DNA of 64,000 nt from the NCBI GenBank assembly GCA_019750915.1, contig JAIENY010000027.1, positions 584-64,583 of the forward strand. Direction: 5' to 3'. Below, piece after piece: positions 1-9,581 of the stretch. Every line of letters begins with the position of its first letter. The stretch's first letter is position 1. The notes beneath the pieces are model-generated. The model searched no databases. It was not told the origin of the DNA and saw only the letters and a list, made by a program, of their open reading frames with translations. The translations under genes and the position numbers were made by a program. The DNA comes from Xanthobacteraceae bacterium. GTDB lineage: Bacteria; Pseudomonadota; Alphaproteobacteria; Rhizobiales; Xanthobacteraceae.

Positions 1-207
1 GCGATCTATCCCTGGATTGTTCCATATCAACGCCAGAGTCAGAAACTCGAAGATTTCCCGCATCTGAAGCGCTGGTTTGAAACGGTCGCTGCGCGTCCCG
101 CGACGATTCGCGCCTACGAGGTTGCGAAGACGGTTAATCCGACGAATGCGCCGACCGTGAATGAAGAATCCAAGAAAATTCTGTTTGGGCAGATCGCCAG
201 AAAGTAG
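1..207 (+). CDS. Glutathione S-transferase (YfcG/YghU-like), C-terminal part, truncated by window edge
   Basis: Frame 1 reads AIYPWIVPYQRQSQKLEDFPHLKRWFETVAARPATIRAYE...ILFGQIARK*, a typical GST C-terminal domain; not in the ORF track. Confidence 0.8.
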   Translation, partial: AIYPWIVPYQRQSQKLEDFPHLKRWFETVAARPATIRAYEVAKTVNPTNAPTVNEESKKILFGQIARK

Positions 208-232
208 TTTTCTTTCTCAAGGGCCCGCATCG

Positions 233-268
233 AACGATCGCTCGGCAAAAGCGGGGCGATCGTTTTTT
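233..268 (+). terminator. Probable intrinsic terminator of the GST gene
   Basis: AACGATCGCTC...GGGCGATCGTT stem followed by TTTT. Confidence 0.6.
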
Positions 269-509
269 GCGACAACAAATCGATAACGAAGACTCGCGGC
301 GATTCACAAGGACTTTCTCGCAGCCGGCGACTCGCTATGGTCGTGGCAGCAGAACTATCGACGCTGTTCAAATCGCAAATCCTTGCATGATCCGGTAGGC
401 GCAAGAATGATGTGATGAAGGGCGCAGCATTACGCCCCGCGCTTGTTCACGCGTGTCGTGCATCGCCATTCGGGCGTGCTTCAAAAGACGCCTCCCCTCC
501 TGACTCGAT

Positions 510-524
510 GCGACAAATTGCCGC
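510..524. promoter_or_regulatory. RegR/PrrA/RegA-type binding box upstream of the RND operon
   Basis: GCGAC-AAATT-GCCGC matches GCGRC-N5-GYCGC; in Bradyrhizobium the RND pump bdeAB is RegR-dependent. Confidence 0.55.
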
Positions 525-703
525 GATATGCGGTTCATTCCCATTAAACGCGCAGCCCGCGCTGGTTCCAATTGCCGCATCCCGAATTCGGGTCCGTATC
601 TTGCATCGCCACAAAGATGCTGCATTGCGATTACATCGCTTGGGCGCGAATGAAATTCCGAGAGAAAAATCGGAACTGGAAGAAATTGGGGCTTGATACT
701 ACC

Positions 704-1873
704 ATGACAAAACGATCGATTGCTCTCGTATGTGTCATCGCCGGAAGTGCACTGCTGACAGGGTGTGACGATCCGGCTCCCGCAGCAGCGCACAATGCGC
801 CTCCCGAAGTGGCCGTCGTCAATGTAAAGCCCGCACCGTTTACGGTTGTGCGTGAGTTGCCCGGCCGAATTTCGCCGGTGCGCGTGGCGGAGGTGCGGCC
901 GAGAGTATCGGGCATCATCACCGAACGGCTGTTTCAGCAAGGCAGTGATGTCGAAGCAGGCGATGCGCTCTATCAGATTGATGCGCGTCCGTTTGAAGTC
1001 GAGGTGATGGCGCGCGAGGCCGCACAGGCCAAGGCCGAGGCCGTACTCGATCAAGCAATCAAGCATGCGCATCGGGTCGGCACGCTGGCCTTGCAGCATG
1101 TGACCTCTGAAGCTGAAAATGAAAAGGCGATTGCGAGCAAACGCCAAGCTGAAGCAGATCTTGCCGCAGCCAAGGCCGAGGTCGCGCGCGCACGGCTAAA
1201 CCTCGATTATGCGACGATCAGGGCGCCGATCAAGGGGCGCATCGGCGCCGCGCTCGTCAGCGAAGGTGCGCTGGTGACAGCGAACGATACGACCAATCTT
1301 GCAGCGATTCAGCAGCTTGATCCGATTTACGCGGACTTCACCCAATCCGTGGGCGACTTGAACAAATTGCGCGAAGCGCTTGAGCGCGGCGATCTCGAGC
1401 AGGTCGCCGACGGGGCCGCGAAGGTCCGTCTTATTGTCGACGGTTCGCCGTATACGCGGTCCGGGAAACTGCTTTTCTCGGAAGCCAAGGTCGACGCCAG
1501 CACTGGGCAGGTGACACTGCGAGGCGAGTTTCCAAATCCCCATCACGAATTGCTGCCCGGCATGTACGTCCGCGTCCTGCTTGAGCAGGGTGTGGACAGT
1601 GATGCCATCGCCATACCGGAACAGGCTGTTCAGCGCAGCGGAAACGGCAGCAGTGAAGTCTTCCTGGTGAAGCCCGATGGGCGTGTTGCCAAGCAGCCTG
1701 TTCGTACAGGGGATCTCCAGGGCGGGAAATGGCTGGTCAACGACGGTCTCAAGGCCGGCGATCGCGTCGTCGTCGAGGGATTCCAGAAGTTTGTCGCCGG
1801 TGATGCAGTGATGCCGAAAATCGTTGAGGACGTGAGCACAGCCGAAGCGTCCGCGCACTCCTCAATGAACTGA
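704..1873 (+). CDS. RND efflux periplasmic adaptor lipoprotein (AcrA/BdeA-like)
   Basis: Start MTKRSIAL with lipobox LLTGC; VRPRVSGII, APIKGRIG and GEFPNP..LLPGMYV motifs. Confidence 0.93.
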   Translation: MTKRSIALVCVIAGSALLTGCDDPAPAAAHNAPPEVAVVNVKPAPFTVVRELPGRISPVRVAEVRPRVSGIITERLFQQGSDVEAGDALYQIDARPFEVEVMAREAAQAKAEAVLDQAIKHAHRVGTLALQHVTSEAENEKAIASKRQAEADLAAAKAEVARARLNLDYATIRAPIKGRIGAALVSEGALVTANDTTNLAAIQQLDPIYADFTQSVGDLNKLREALERGDLEQVADGAAKVRLIVDGSPYTRSGKLLFSEAKVDASTGQVTLRGEFPNPHHELLPGMYVRVLLEQGVDSDAIAIPEQAVQRSGNGSSEVFLVKPDGRVAKQPVRTGDLQGGKWLVNDGLKAGDRVVVEGFQKFVAGDAVMPKIVEDVSTAEASAHSSMN

Positions 1874-1883
1874 TCGCATCTCC

Positions 1884-4800
1884 ATGCCGGCTTTTTTTAT
1901 TGAACGCCCGATTTTTGCATGGGTGGTTGCGCTGTTCATTTGTCTGATCGGTGCGATCTCAATTCCTCTGCTTGCCGTAGCGCAATATCCAATCATTGCG
2001 CCGCCGTCGATCTCGATCAGTACGAGTTACCCCGGCGCTTCGCCGGAAGAGCTCTATAATAGTGTCACACGGCCGATCGAGGAGGAGCTGAATGGCGCCT
2101 CGGGTATCCTGAATTTCGAGTCGACCAGCGACTCGTTGGGGCAGGTGGAGATTGTCGCCAACTTCCAGCCCGGCACCGAAACCTCCGCCGCGTCGGTCGA
2201 CGTGCAGAACCGCATCAAGCGCGTCGAGGCGCGATTGCCGCCTGCGGTCCTGCAGCAGGGTATTCTGGTCGAAGAAGCCTCAAGTGCGGTACTGCAGATC
2301 ATCACGCTGCGTTCGACAGACGGTAGTCTCGACGAGGTCGCGCTCGGCGACTTCATGGTGCGAAGCATTGTCGGCGAGATCCGCCGCATTCCCGGCGTGG
2401 GCCGCGCCACGTTGTATTCAACCGAGCAATCGCTGCGAATCTGGGTCGAGCCTGAAAAGCTCATTGGCTTCAATCTCACGGCCGACGATATCACCCGCGC
2501 CGTTACCGCTCAGAACGCGCAGGTCGCCTCCGGCAGCCTAGGCGCAGAGCCGAGCAGTCCGGGGCAAAAGGTTTCCGCACTTGTTCTTGTCAAAGGGCAA
2601 TTGAGTTCGCCGGACGAATTCGGGTCGATTGTGCTCCGCGCGAACCCCGATGGATCTACCGTCAGGCTGCGCGATGTCGCCCGCATCGAGATCGGCGGCC
2701 TGGGTTATCAATTCAGCACGCGTCTGAACGGAAAGCCGACGGCTGGCCTTTCGGTCTTGCTGGCGCCCAGCGGAAATGCGCTGGCGACTGCGGCGGCAGT
2801 TGAAGCCAAGATGAAGGAATTGTCGAAATTCTTCCCTGCCAATATCGCTTATGACATTCCTTACAACATCACGCCGGTGGTCGAAGCGGCGCTCGAAAAG
2901 GTATTGCACACGTTGATCGAGGCCGTCGTTCTGGTGTTCATCGTGATGTTCCTGTTCCTTCAGAATATCCGCTATACGATTATTCCAACGATCGTGGTGC
3001 CGGTTGCATTGCTGGGCACGTGCGCCACGCTGCTCATGTTCGGCTATTCGATTAACCTGTTGACGCTGTTCGGCATGGTGCTGGCAATCGGCATCCTCGT
3101 GGACGACGCGATTGTTGTTGTTGAAAATGTCGAGCGCATTATGACCGAGGAAGGTCTGTCGCCCAAGGAGGCGACGCGGAAAGCGATGTCGCAGATCACC
3201 AGCGCGATCATCGGGATCACGCTCGTGTTGATTGCGGTGTTCGTGCCTATGGCGTTTTTTCCGGGGTCGGTCGGTATCATCTATCGGCAATTCTCGGTGA
3301 CGATGGTGGCGGCGATCGCTTTCTCCGCCTTGCTGGCGCTTTCGCTGACGCCGGCGTTGTGTGCGACGCTGCTGAAGCCGCCCAAGGCGGGACACGGACA
3401 CGCCAAGAAAGGCATTTTTGGCTTATTCAACAGGACGCTCGATTCTACGCGCGAGCGCTACACTAGGACCGTCTGCTGGTCGCTAGCGCGCAAGGGCCGG
3501 CTGATGTTGGTTTACGTCGTGCTTGTCGGCGGCGTCAGCTTTGCATTCTCCCGCATGCCGGGCGGATTTTTGCCGATTGATGACCAGGGTTTTATCACTG
3601 TAGATGTGCAGACGCCGGCGGATTCATCGTTCGCACGCACCAGAGCGGCTGTCGAGAAGGTCGAAAAATTCCTTGAAAAACGCGCCGGGATCCAGGACGT
3701 CACTTTCCTGACCGGCTTCAGTTTTCTCGGCCAGGGCATCAATACCGCGCAGGCCTTTATTACTTTGAAGGATTGGTCGGATCGCGGACCGGAGGACTCA
3801 GCGGCTGCGATCGTCGATGACATTAACAAAAACATGGCGAGTGTGCTGGATGCCAAGATCACCGCGCAGCAACCGCCGCCAATTGATAATCTCGGCAACT
3901 CCAGCGGTTTTAGCTTCCGCCTGCAGGACCGCGGCCAAAAAGGATATCGCGAACTCCTTGTCGCCGCACGAAAGCTCGTCGCGGATGCCAATGCGAGTTC
4001 GATTCTGCAGAAAGTGTATATTGAGGGCCTACCCGAGGGGCCTGTCGTCAATCTTGTGGTCGATCGCGAAAAGGCGAGCGCCTTCGGCGTGTCATTCGCA
4101 GACATCAATAGTACGATCTCGACCAACCTCGGCTCTACCTACATCAACAACTTCCCGAATCGCGGCCGTATGCAACGCGTGATCGTGCAGGCGGATGCAC
4201 CGGACCGGATGAACCCGGACGCCATGCTTAAATACAACGTCAAGAACAGCCGCGGCGATCTGGTTCCGCTGTCGTCGTTCGCGTCGATCGAGTGGGGCAA
4301 GGGGCCATCGCAGATTGTCGGCTTCAATTATTATCCGACCGTCCGCATCAGCGGCGAGGCGAGAGCCGGCCACACTTCGGGCGAAGCGATCGCTGAGATG
4401 GAGCGGTTAGCAGGATTGCTGCCGCGGGGGTTCGGTTATGAGTGGAGTGGGCAATCGCTGCAGGAAAAATTGTCCGGCTCGCAGGCGCCGTTGCTTTTGG
4501 GATTGTCGGTCTTGGTGGTATTCCTGTGTCTTGCCGCGCTTTACGAGAGCTGGACGATCCCGCTTGCCGTCCTGCTGACCATTCCGCTCGGCGTTTTCGG
4601 CGCGGTTCTGGCGTCGGTGTTGAGGGATTTGCCAAACGGTGTGTATTTCACCGTTGGTCTCATCACCATCATCGGGCTGGCGGCGAAGGATGCAATCCTC
4701 ATCATCGAATTTGCGCGGGATCTGCATCGGCAGGGCAAGCCGCTTGTTGCGGCCACTCTTGAAGCCTGCAGCCTTCGCTTCCGGCCGATCCTGATGACGG

Positions 4801-5063
4801 GCTTCGCGTTTGTCTGCGGCGTTCTCCCGATGGTGATTGCTCAGGGCGCGGGGGGCCTCAGCCAGCAGGCGTTGGGAACAGGTGTGATGGGCGGAATGAT
4901 CGCCGTTGTAATTCTCGCGCTATTGATGGTGCCGATCTTCTTTGTCTTCATCCTTGGATTGTTTTCGAAATCGGTCGCCATCGATACTGATGAAGCCGCC
5001 AAGCATCCGGCGGATGAAGGCGTTCCTCCTCTCGAAAACCCTTCGTTCCAGAAGGGGCATTAA
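1884..5063 (+). CDS. Multidrug efflux RND permease (AcrB/BdeB-like, HAE1)
   Basis: 1059 aa; FFIERPIFAWV, GILVDDAIVVVENVER, RFRPILMT. Confidence 0.96.
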   Translation: MPAFFIERPIFAWVVALFICLIGAISIPLLAVAQYPIIAPPSISISTSYPGASPEELYNSVTRPIEEELNGASGILNFESTSDSLGQVEIVANFQPGTETSAASVDVQNRIKRVEARLPPAVLQQGILVEEASSAVLQIITLRSTDGSLDEVALGDFMVRSIVGEIRRIPGVGRATLYSTEQSLRIWVEPEKLIGFNLTADDITRAVTAQNAQVASGSLGAEPSSPGQKVSALVLVKGQLSSPDEFGSIVLRANPDGSTVRLRDVARIEIGGLGYQFSTRLNGKPTAGLSVLLAPSGNALATAAAVEAKMKELSKFFPANIAYDIPYNITPVVEAALEKVLHTLIEAVVLVFIVMFLFLQNIRYTIIPTIVVPVALLGTCATLLMFGYSINLLTLFGMVLAIGILVDDAIVVVENVERIMTEEGLSPKEATRKAMSQITSAIIGITLVLIAVFVPMAFFPGSVGIIYRQFSVTMVAAIAFSALLALSLTPALCATLLKPPKAGHGHAKKGIFGLFNRTLDSTRERYTRTVCWSLARKGRLMLVYVVLVGGVSFAFSRMPGGFLPIDDQGFITVDVQTPADSSFARTRAAVEKVEKFLEKRAGIQDVTFLTGFSFLGQGINTAQAFITLKDWSDRGPEDSAAAIVDDINKNMASVLDAKITAQQPPPIDNLGNSSGFSFRLQDRGQKGYRELLVAARKLVADANASSILQKVYIEGLPEGPVVNLVVDREKASAFGVSFADINSTISTNLGSTYINNFPNRGRMQRVIVQADAPDRMNPDAMLKYNVKNSRGDLVPLSSFASIEWGKGPSQIVGFNYYPTVRISGEARAGHTSGEAIAEMERLAGLLPRGFGYEWSGQSLQEKLSGSQAPLLLGLSVLVVFLCLAALYESWTIPLAVLLTIPLGVFGAVLASVLRDLPNGVYFTVGLITIIGLAAKDAILIIEFARDLHRQGKPLVAATLEACSLRFRPILMTGFAFVCGVLPMVIAQGAGGLSQQALGTGVMGGMIAVVILALLMVPIFFVFILGLFSKSVAIDTDEAAKHPADEGVPPLENPSFQKGH

Positions 5064-5206
5064 CCGCGTTGTCGATGCAGCGAGCGTGGCGTTTACGTTA
5101 TCGGACAACCTTACCGGAAGAAAAGCCGCCCGGCATCACACCGTGGCAGCCGGTTAGATGCTATCAGAAGGCCGACTTTTAGGTTGGCATTTTTGTTGCG
5201 AATTCG

Positions 5207-5359
5207 ATGATTACATTTTTCGTCATCGCCAGTTCTTTGGCCGGCGTCGTGTTGAGCTATGGCGCAATCCGGTTTCCTTCACATGCGAAGGTACTGGAGG
5301 TTTGCGCGGGAGCCCTGTTGCTGAGTGCTTTCATTGCGCTCGGCTTTTGTATGCGCTGA
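5207..5359 (+). CDS. Candidate 50-aa two-helix small membrane protein
   Basis: MITFFVIASSLAGVVLSYGAIRFPSHAKVLEVCAGALLLSAFIALGFCMR*; below the ORF-track cutoff; no clear SD. Confidence 0.35.
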   Translation: MITFFVIASSLAGVVLSYGAIRFPSHAKVLEVCAGALLLSAFIALGFCMR

Positions 5360-5372
5360 TCGAAGAACGCCG

Positions 5373-5771
5373 CTAGGCTTTTTTCTTGAGAGCAAGACGC
5401 TCGTTAAATCGAGCTAGGTTAATCACGATCCGCTCGTGGGTGCCCCGTCCGATTTCCTCTACCTCGTCGTGAGCGGAAATTTTGAACTCGATCCGCTTGC
5501 CGTCGACCTTGGTGACCTCCGCGAAACCGCGAACTTTGTGGCCAACAGGCGTCGCTGCAAGATGGTTGATATTGATCGAGCTGCCGACGGCGCTTTCGTT
5601 CGGCTCAAGACAGGGCCTGATCGCGTTAAGCGCCGCATTCTCCATCGCCAGAATCATCATCGGTGTGGCGAGGACCTGCGGCAGCAGGTCATCCTTGAAT
5701 TTGCTGGCTAGATGATCCGGCTGTACCAGCAAGGTATATTCACCTTTTAGACCGGGATGTATCTCTCGCAT
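5373..5771 (-). CDS. Hotdog-fold thioesterase (fluoroacetyl-CoA thioesterase FlK-like)
   Basis: VLATPMMILAMENAA (Thr, Glu), HLAATPVG (His), GRGTHER; alternative start 5780. Confidence 0.85.
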   Translation of the reverse strand: MREIHPGLKGEYTLLVQPDHLASKFKDDLLPQVLATPMMILAMENAALNAIRPCLEPNESAVGSSININHLAATPVGHKVRGFAEVTKVDGKRIEFKISAHDEVEEIGRGTHERIVINLARFNERLALKKKA

Positions 5772-5827
5772 CCGGCGCATTCCCTATGTGAGCGAGGAAA
5801 ACTGTAACCGTGGAAGTGGGCGTGTCG

Positions 5828-7123
5828 TCACACGCTCTGTCGTTCGAGCTCTTCTCCATATGAAATGGGATGTTCGAGCGCTTTCTGGAGTTGGTCGCGG
5901 TCGAGTTCGCCTTCCCAGCGGCTAATGACAATCGTCGCAACCCCGTTGCCGACGAGATTGGTCAGGGCGCGGCATTCGCTCATGAACTTGTCGATGCCGA
6001 TAATAATGGCGAGTGCGGAAATCGGAATGTCCGGAATGATGGACAGGGTCGCCGCAAGGGTCACGAAGCCGGCGCCCGTGACACCGGAAGCTCCCTTTGA
6101 AGTCAACATCGCAACCGCAAGCACGGTCAACTCCTGACCGATGGTCAGCGGTGTATTGGTCGCCTGAGCCAGAAACAGGGTGGCGAGCGTCATGTAAATA
6201 TTCGTGCCGTCCAGATTGAAGCTGTAGCCGGTCGGGATGACCAGGCCGACCACGGATTTCGACGCGCCAAGTGCTTCCATCTTCTGCAGCATGTGCGGCA
6301 GCACCGTCTCGGATGAGCTGGTGCCGAGCACAATCAGCAACTCGTCCTTGATGTAGGCAATGAAGCGAAAAATTGAGAATCCGAATGCGCGCGCGATCAG
6401 CCCCAGCACGACCAGGACAAAGAGAAGCGAGGCGATATAGAAGGTGACGATGAGATAGCCGAGATTCACCAGGGCGCCCAATCCGAACGAACCGATGGTG
6501 AAGGCCATCGCACCGAACGCGCCGATCGGTGCGACTTGAACGATCATGCCGATAATACGGAAGAACATCTTCCCGGCAGTATCGATTGCATGCGCGATCT
6601 GTTCACCGGTCTTTCCCATGTTGGCGATCGCAAATCCACTCAGGATGGCGACCAGCAAAACTTGCAGAAGATCGCCTTTGGCCAGGGAATCGAAGTAGGA
6701 TGTCGGAATGATCGCCAGCAAGTGCGAGACGAAGCCGTCCTGCTTTGCGCGTGAAACGTAACTTGCGACCGAATTCGGATCGAGGGTGGCTGGGTCGATA
6801 TTGAAGCCTGCTCCGGGTTGCAGGAATTCTCCAACCAGCAGGCCGATCACAAGCGCCAGAGTCGATACCGTTTCGAAATAAAGCAGTGTCTTCAGACCGA
6901 TGCGGCCCACCTTGCGCATGTCGCCGATCGAGGCGATGCCGTGAACGACCGTGCAGAAAATGGCGGGCGCAATCATCATCTTGATGAGAGCGATAAATCC
7001 ATCGCCCAGCGGCTTCATCGCTTTGCCCGCGTTCGGGTAAAAATATCCCAGTGCGACGCCGATCGTGATGGCGATCAGAACCTGAATGTAGAGGACTTTG
7101 TACCACGGCTGTCGAGCGGTCAT
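5828..7123 (-). CDS. dctA: C4-dicarboxylate:H+ symporter DctA
   Basis: [53 protein letters not shown]. Confidence 0.93.
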   Translation of the reverse strand: MTARQPWYKVLYIQVLIAITIGVALGYFYPNAGKAMKPLGDGFIALIKMMIAPAIFCTVVHGIASIGDMRKVGRIGLKTLLYFETVSTLALVIGLLVGEFLQPGAGFNIDPATLDPNSVASYVSRAKQDGFVSHLLAIIPTSYFDSLAKGDLLQVLLVAILSGFAIANMGKTGEQIAHAIDTAGKMFFRIIGMIVQVAPIGAFGAMAFTIGSFGLGALVNLGYLIVTFYIASLLFVLVVLGLIARAFGFSIFRFIAYIKDELLIVLGTSSSETVLPHMLQKMEALGASKSVVGLVIPTGYSFNLDGTNIYMTLATLFLAQATNTPLTIGQELTVLAVAMLTSKGASGVTGAGFVTLAATLSIIPDIPISALAIIIGIDKFMSECRALTNLVGNGVATIVISRWEGELDRDQLQKALEHPISYGEELERQSV

Positions 7124-7343
7124 CTCACGTCCTTTCATTTGATCGGGTTACAAGGATATGTCGGTGTTCTTCATCAGTCCGATGGCTTCATCGATGTGAC
7201 GAGAGAGGGGCGACAGCCTCGATCAAGCGGAGGAGGCATAGGGAGGAACGGATGTCCGGTGATGATGCGCGCGTTTCCCGCGAATTGCAATTATGCGGGG
7301 CTCCTCCCAACGTATGACGCAGCGCGCAACGATCACCGAATCG

Positions 7344-8753
7344 TCACTGGATTTCATAAACTAATGTGATGCTAGCGATGCCGCGCAGCGCGGTTTCGCG
7401 CTCGATCGGATTCAATCTTCGTTCTTGCAAAATATTGCCGACAGCTGCGTCGCTGATGATCTGCTTTGTCACGAAAATGGTGTTCGCCACGGCGATGCCT
7501 TGCACGCGGGCGGCCATATTGACCGTTTGTCCGAAGTAATCCTGCCGGTCATTTGAGATTACCGCCAGACAAGGGCCCTCATGAATGCCGATCTTGAGCA
7601 GCAGATCCTCGCTGCCTCGTTCCGTGTTGATGCGATGCATGGCCTCACGCATGCTCAACGCCGCTCTCAGCGCCTGAGCCGGAGCGGGGAAGGTCGCCAT
7701 CACCGCATCGCCAATGGTCTTGACGACTGCGCCAGCTTCGGAGGCTACGATCTTATTCAGCACGCTGAAATGTTGCCGCACAAGGTCGTAAGCGGCGAGG
7801 TCTCCGACCCTCTCATAAAGCTGCGTCGATCCCTTCAGATCGGTAAAGAGAAAAGTAAGGCTCGTGATACTGAGGCGTTGTCCGACGTCCATGGTGTCGG
7901 TGCGGTAGATGTCGCGGAAGGTTTGATTGGTCAGCAGGCGTTTGGCGGATAGAAAGGGACGGCGTCGATGAAGTGTTTCGTGCTGCGCATGATTTGCCCG
8001 CCAGACCGCAGGCAGGATGCGGCGGTTGGATTGGTTCTCGAAGGTCAGCTCGACCGTACCGCTCGATAGCCGCGCCGTTTCCTTGTCAGCTGACATCATG
8101 CTGAAAACGACGGAGAGCGACTGAGGGGTGCCGGCGGTGTTGTCGTCGACCTCGATGAACTGGGTGCCATGCGTGACCGGGTCGAAGACGATGATAAATC
8201 CGCTGGGGAGTTCGATAATGAAGTTTGCCTTTTCACCTGGCGGCACCTCGACGTATTTTATAGCAAAGCTATCGCTTTGCTGGTCGAGATGTTCAGGCAG
8301 GTCGATGGCCGATGTCCAATAGACTTGCCGGAAATATTCGAGAGCCGGAAGGCTGTCGGGGTCGTGGGCAGCGATCTTGCGAACGCGCGGATTGACCGTG
8401 AACGTCACCTCCACCGTCTCATCCAGCGTCGGCTGATCGTGGACGGATGCGCACAGCGAACAGCAATACTCGTCCTTGTTCAGCTGTTTCAGCGTTGCTC
8501 CCTCGTCCATGACGCCCGCACAGCCGGGACATATCATGGTCCAGGACAGATCGAACAGACCGAGCCGGGCTGCATGAAGAAACGCGCCTATCGCTTTTTC
8601 GGGATTGATCCCGGATGTTGCCGCGAACGTCAGGACATTGATACGGCAAAGCTGCCGGTCGTCTCCCTCGCGGATGAGGTGCGCAATGGCTTCCACGGAA
8701 CAGCCGTCGGCGGTTTTCCGCAGATCGTCAAACAACGTCTCGATCTTATCCAT
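7344..8753 (-). CDS. Class III adenylate/guanylate cyclase with N-terminal DUF5939-like domain
   Basis: FTDLKGST, KTIGDAVMA, DYFGQTVNMAAR; N-terminal CPGC...CSLC. Confidence 0.88.
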   Translation of the reverse strand: MDKIETLFDDLRKTADGCSVEAIAHLIREGDDRQLCRINVLTFAATSGINPEKAIGAFLHAARLGLFDLSWTMICPGCAGVMDEGATLKQLNKDEYCCSLCASVHDQPTLDETVEVTFTVNPRVRKIAAHDPDSLPALEYFRQVYWTSAIDLPEHLDQQSDSFAIKYVEVPPGEKANFIIELPSGFIIVFDPVTHGTQFIEVDDNTAGTPQSLSVVFSMMSADKETARLSSGTVELTFENQSNRRILPAVWRANHAQHETLHRRRPFLSAKRLLTNQTFRDIYRTDTMDVGQRLSITSLTFLFTDLKGSTQLYERVGDLAAYDLVRQHFSVLNKIVASEAGAVVKTIGDAVMATFPAPAQALRAALSMREAMHRINTERGSEDLLLKIGIHEGPCLAVISNDRQDYFGQTVNMAARVQGIAVANTIFVTKQIISDAAVGNILQERRLNPIERETALRGIASITLVYEIQ

Positions 8754-8897
8754 GATGGAGGGGTACTTCGCGTCTGTGGTCCGGAAATCTCCACTCGGGA
8801 GGGAGCCGCTGTTTATACACCAACGGCATGACGGTCCTATTCACAAAATCCGGGTTTCATTGAGCCCTTCTTTCGCAGGGCGGGTATTGTGGGAACA

Positions 8898-9137
8898 TCA
8901 GTCAGTCAGCCGATAGCGCTGCTGCAGGTGTCGTTGCACTGTGATCGCTGAAAGCTGAGCCAGGTCCCGATCGGCGTTGCCAAAGTCCGTTATTTTTAAC
9001 GACCAGTTCGATCGTGCTTTTTCGAAATTGACCCGGAGGATGACGATATCCTCGACGCCGTCACAGCCTCTTCTGGACCGGATACTGGATAGCGCGCTTT
9101 TTTTGAGTTCGTCAGCGGGGACCGCAATTTGCGGCAT
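8898..9137 (-). CDS. Small hypothetical protein
   Basis: GGAG SD upstream; globular-looking 79-aa ORF. Confidence 0.6.
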   Translation of the reverse strand: MPQIAVPADELKKSALSSIRSRRGCDGVEDIVILRVNFEKARSNWSLKITDFGNADRDLAQLSAITVQRHLQQRYRLTD

Positions 9138-9289
9138 CAATCATTCTCCATTCCGGAGCGAAAATTCCCCGGCGGCGGATTATTCGCAATACGTAATCCA
9201 ACGATGATGACGGGATTGGACAACGAGCGGATTCGTCGCGGGCCGCTACGCTGCTTTACGCATTTATTTTGCTGCGGATCACGCTAGCC

Positions 9290-9373
9290 TTGAACCATGG
9301 GATGTCGCTCTTAGATGTTCCAGGTTGAAGCCTCGTGCTCCCCAAACCTCCAGCGCGAGGCTTCTTCTTGTTT
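9290..9373 (+). ncRNA. Candidate two-hairpin small RNA with a C-rich terminator loop
   Basis: 5' hairpin 9293-9326; 13-bp stem GAAGCCTCGTGCT/AGCGCGAGGCTTC, loop CCCCAAACCTCC, then TTCTTGTTT; no + strand gene immediately upstream. Confidence 0.4.
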
Positions 9374-9525
9374 GAGGCAGACTCATCTGCCGGCCCGTCG
9401 ACAGCTCACTGAGCTTGGTCAATCGATCACAACATTCGAATAGACTTTGGACCGGGTGTAGGCTGCGTCGACGGATGTGGTCACCAAGCTGGACAGCTCT
9501 ACAAACAGCGGTTTTCAATTTGGAC

Positions 9526-9557
9526 AAAAAGAAACCCCGGGAATATCCCGGGGTTTC
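9526..9557 (-). terminator. Intrinsic terminator of the beta-barrel gene
   Basis: Perfect 11-bp stem GAAACCCCGGG/CCCGGGGTTTC with a T5 tract on the minus strand. Confidence 0.85.
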
Positions 9558-9581
9558 ATATTTCGCAGATGAAGCGATGGA

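Noticed and set aside
7124-7343. Sigma54/DctD promoter expected for dctA
   Set aside because: No correctly spaced GG-N10-GC consensus found, and no dctBD genes nearby.
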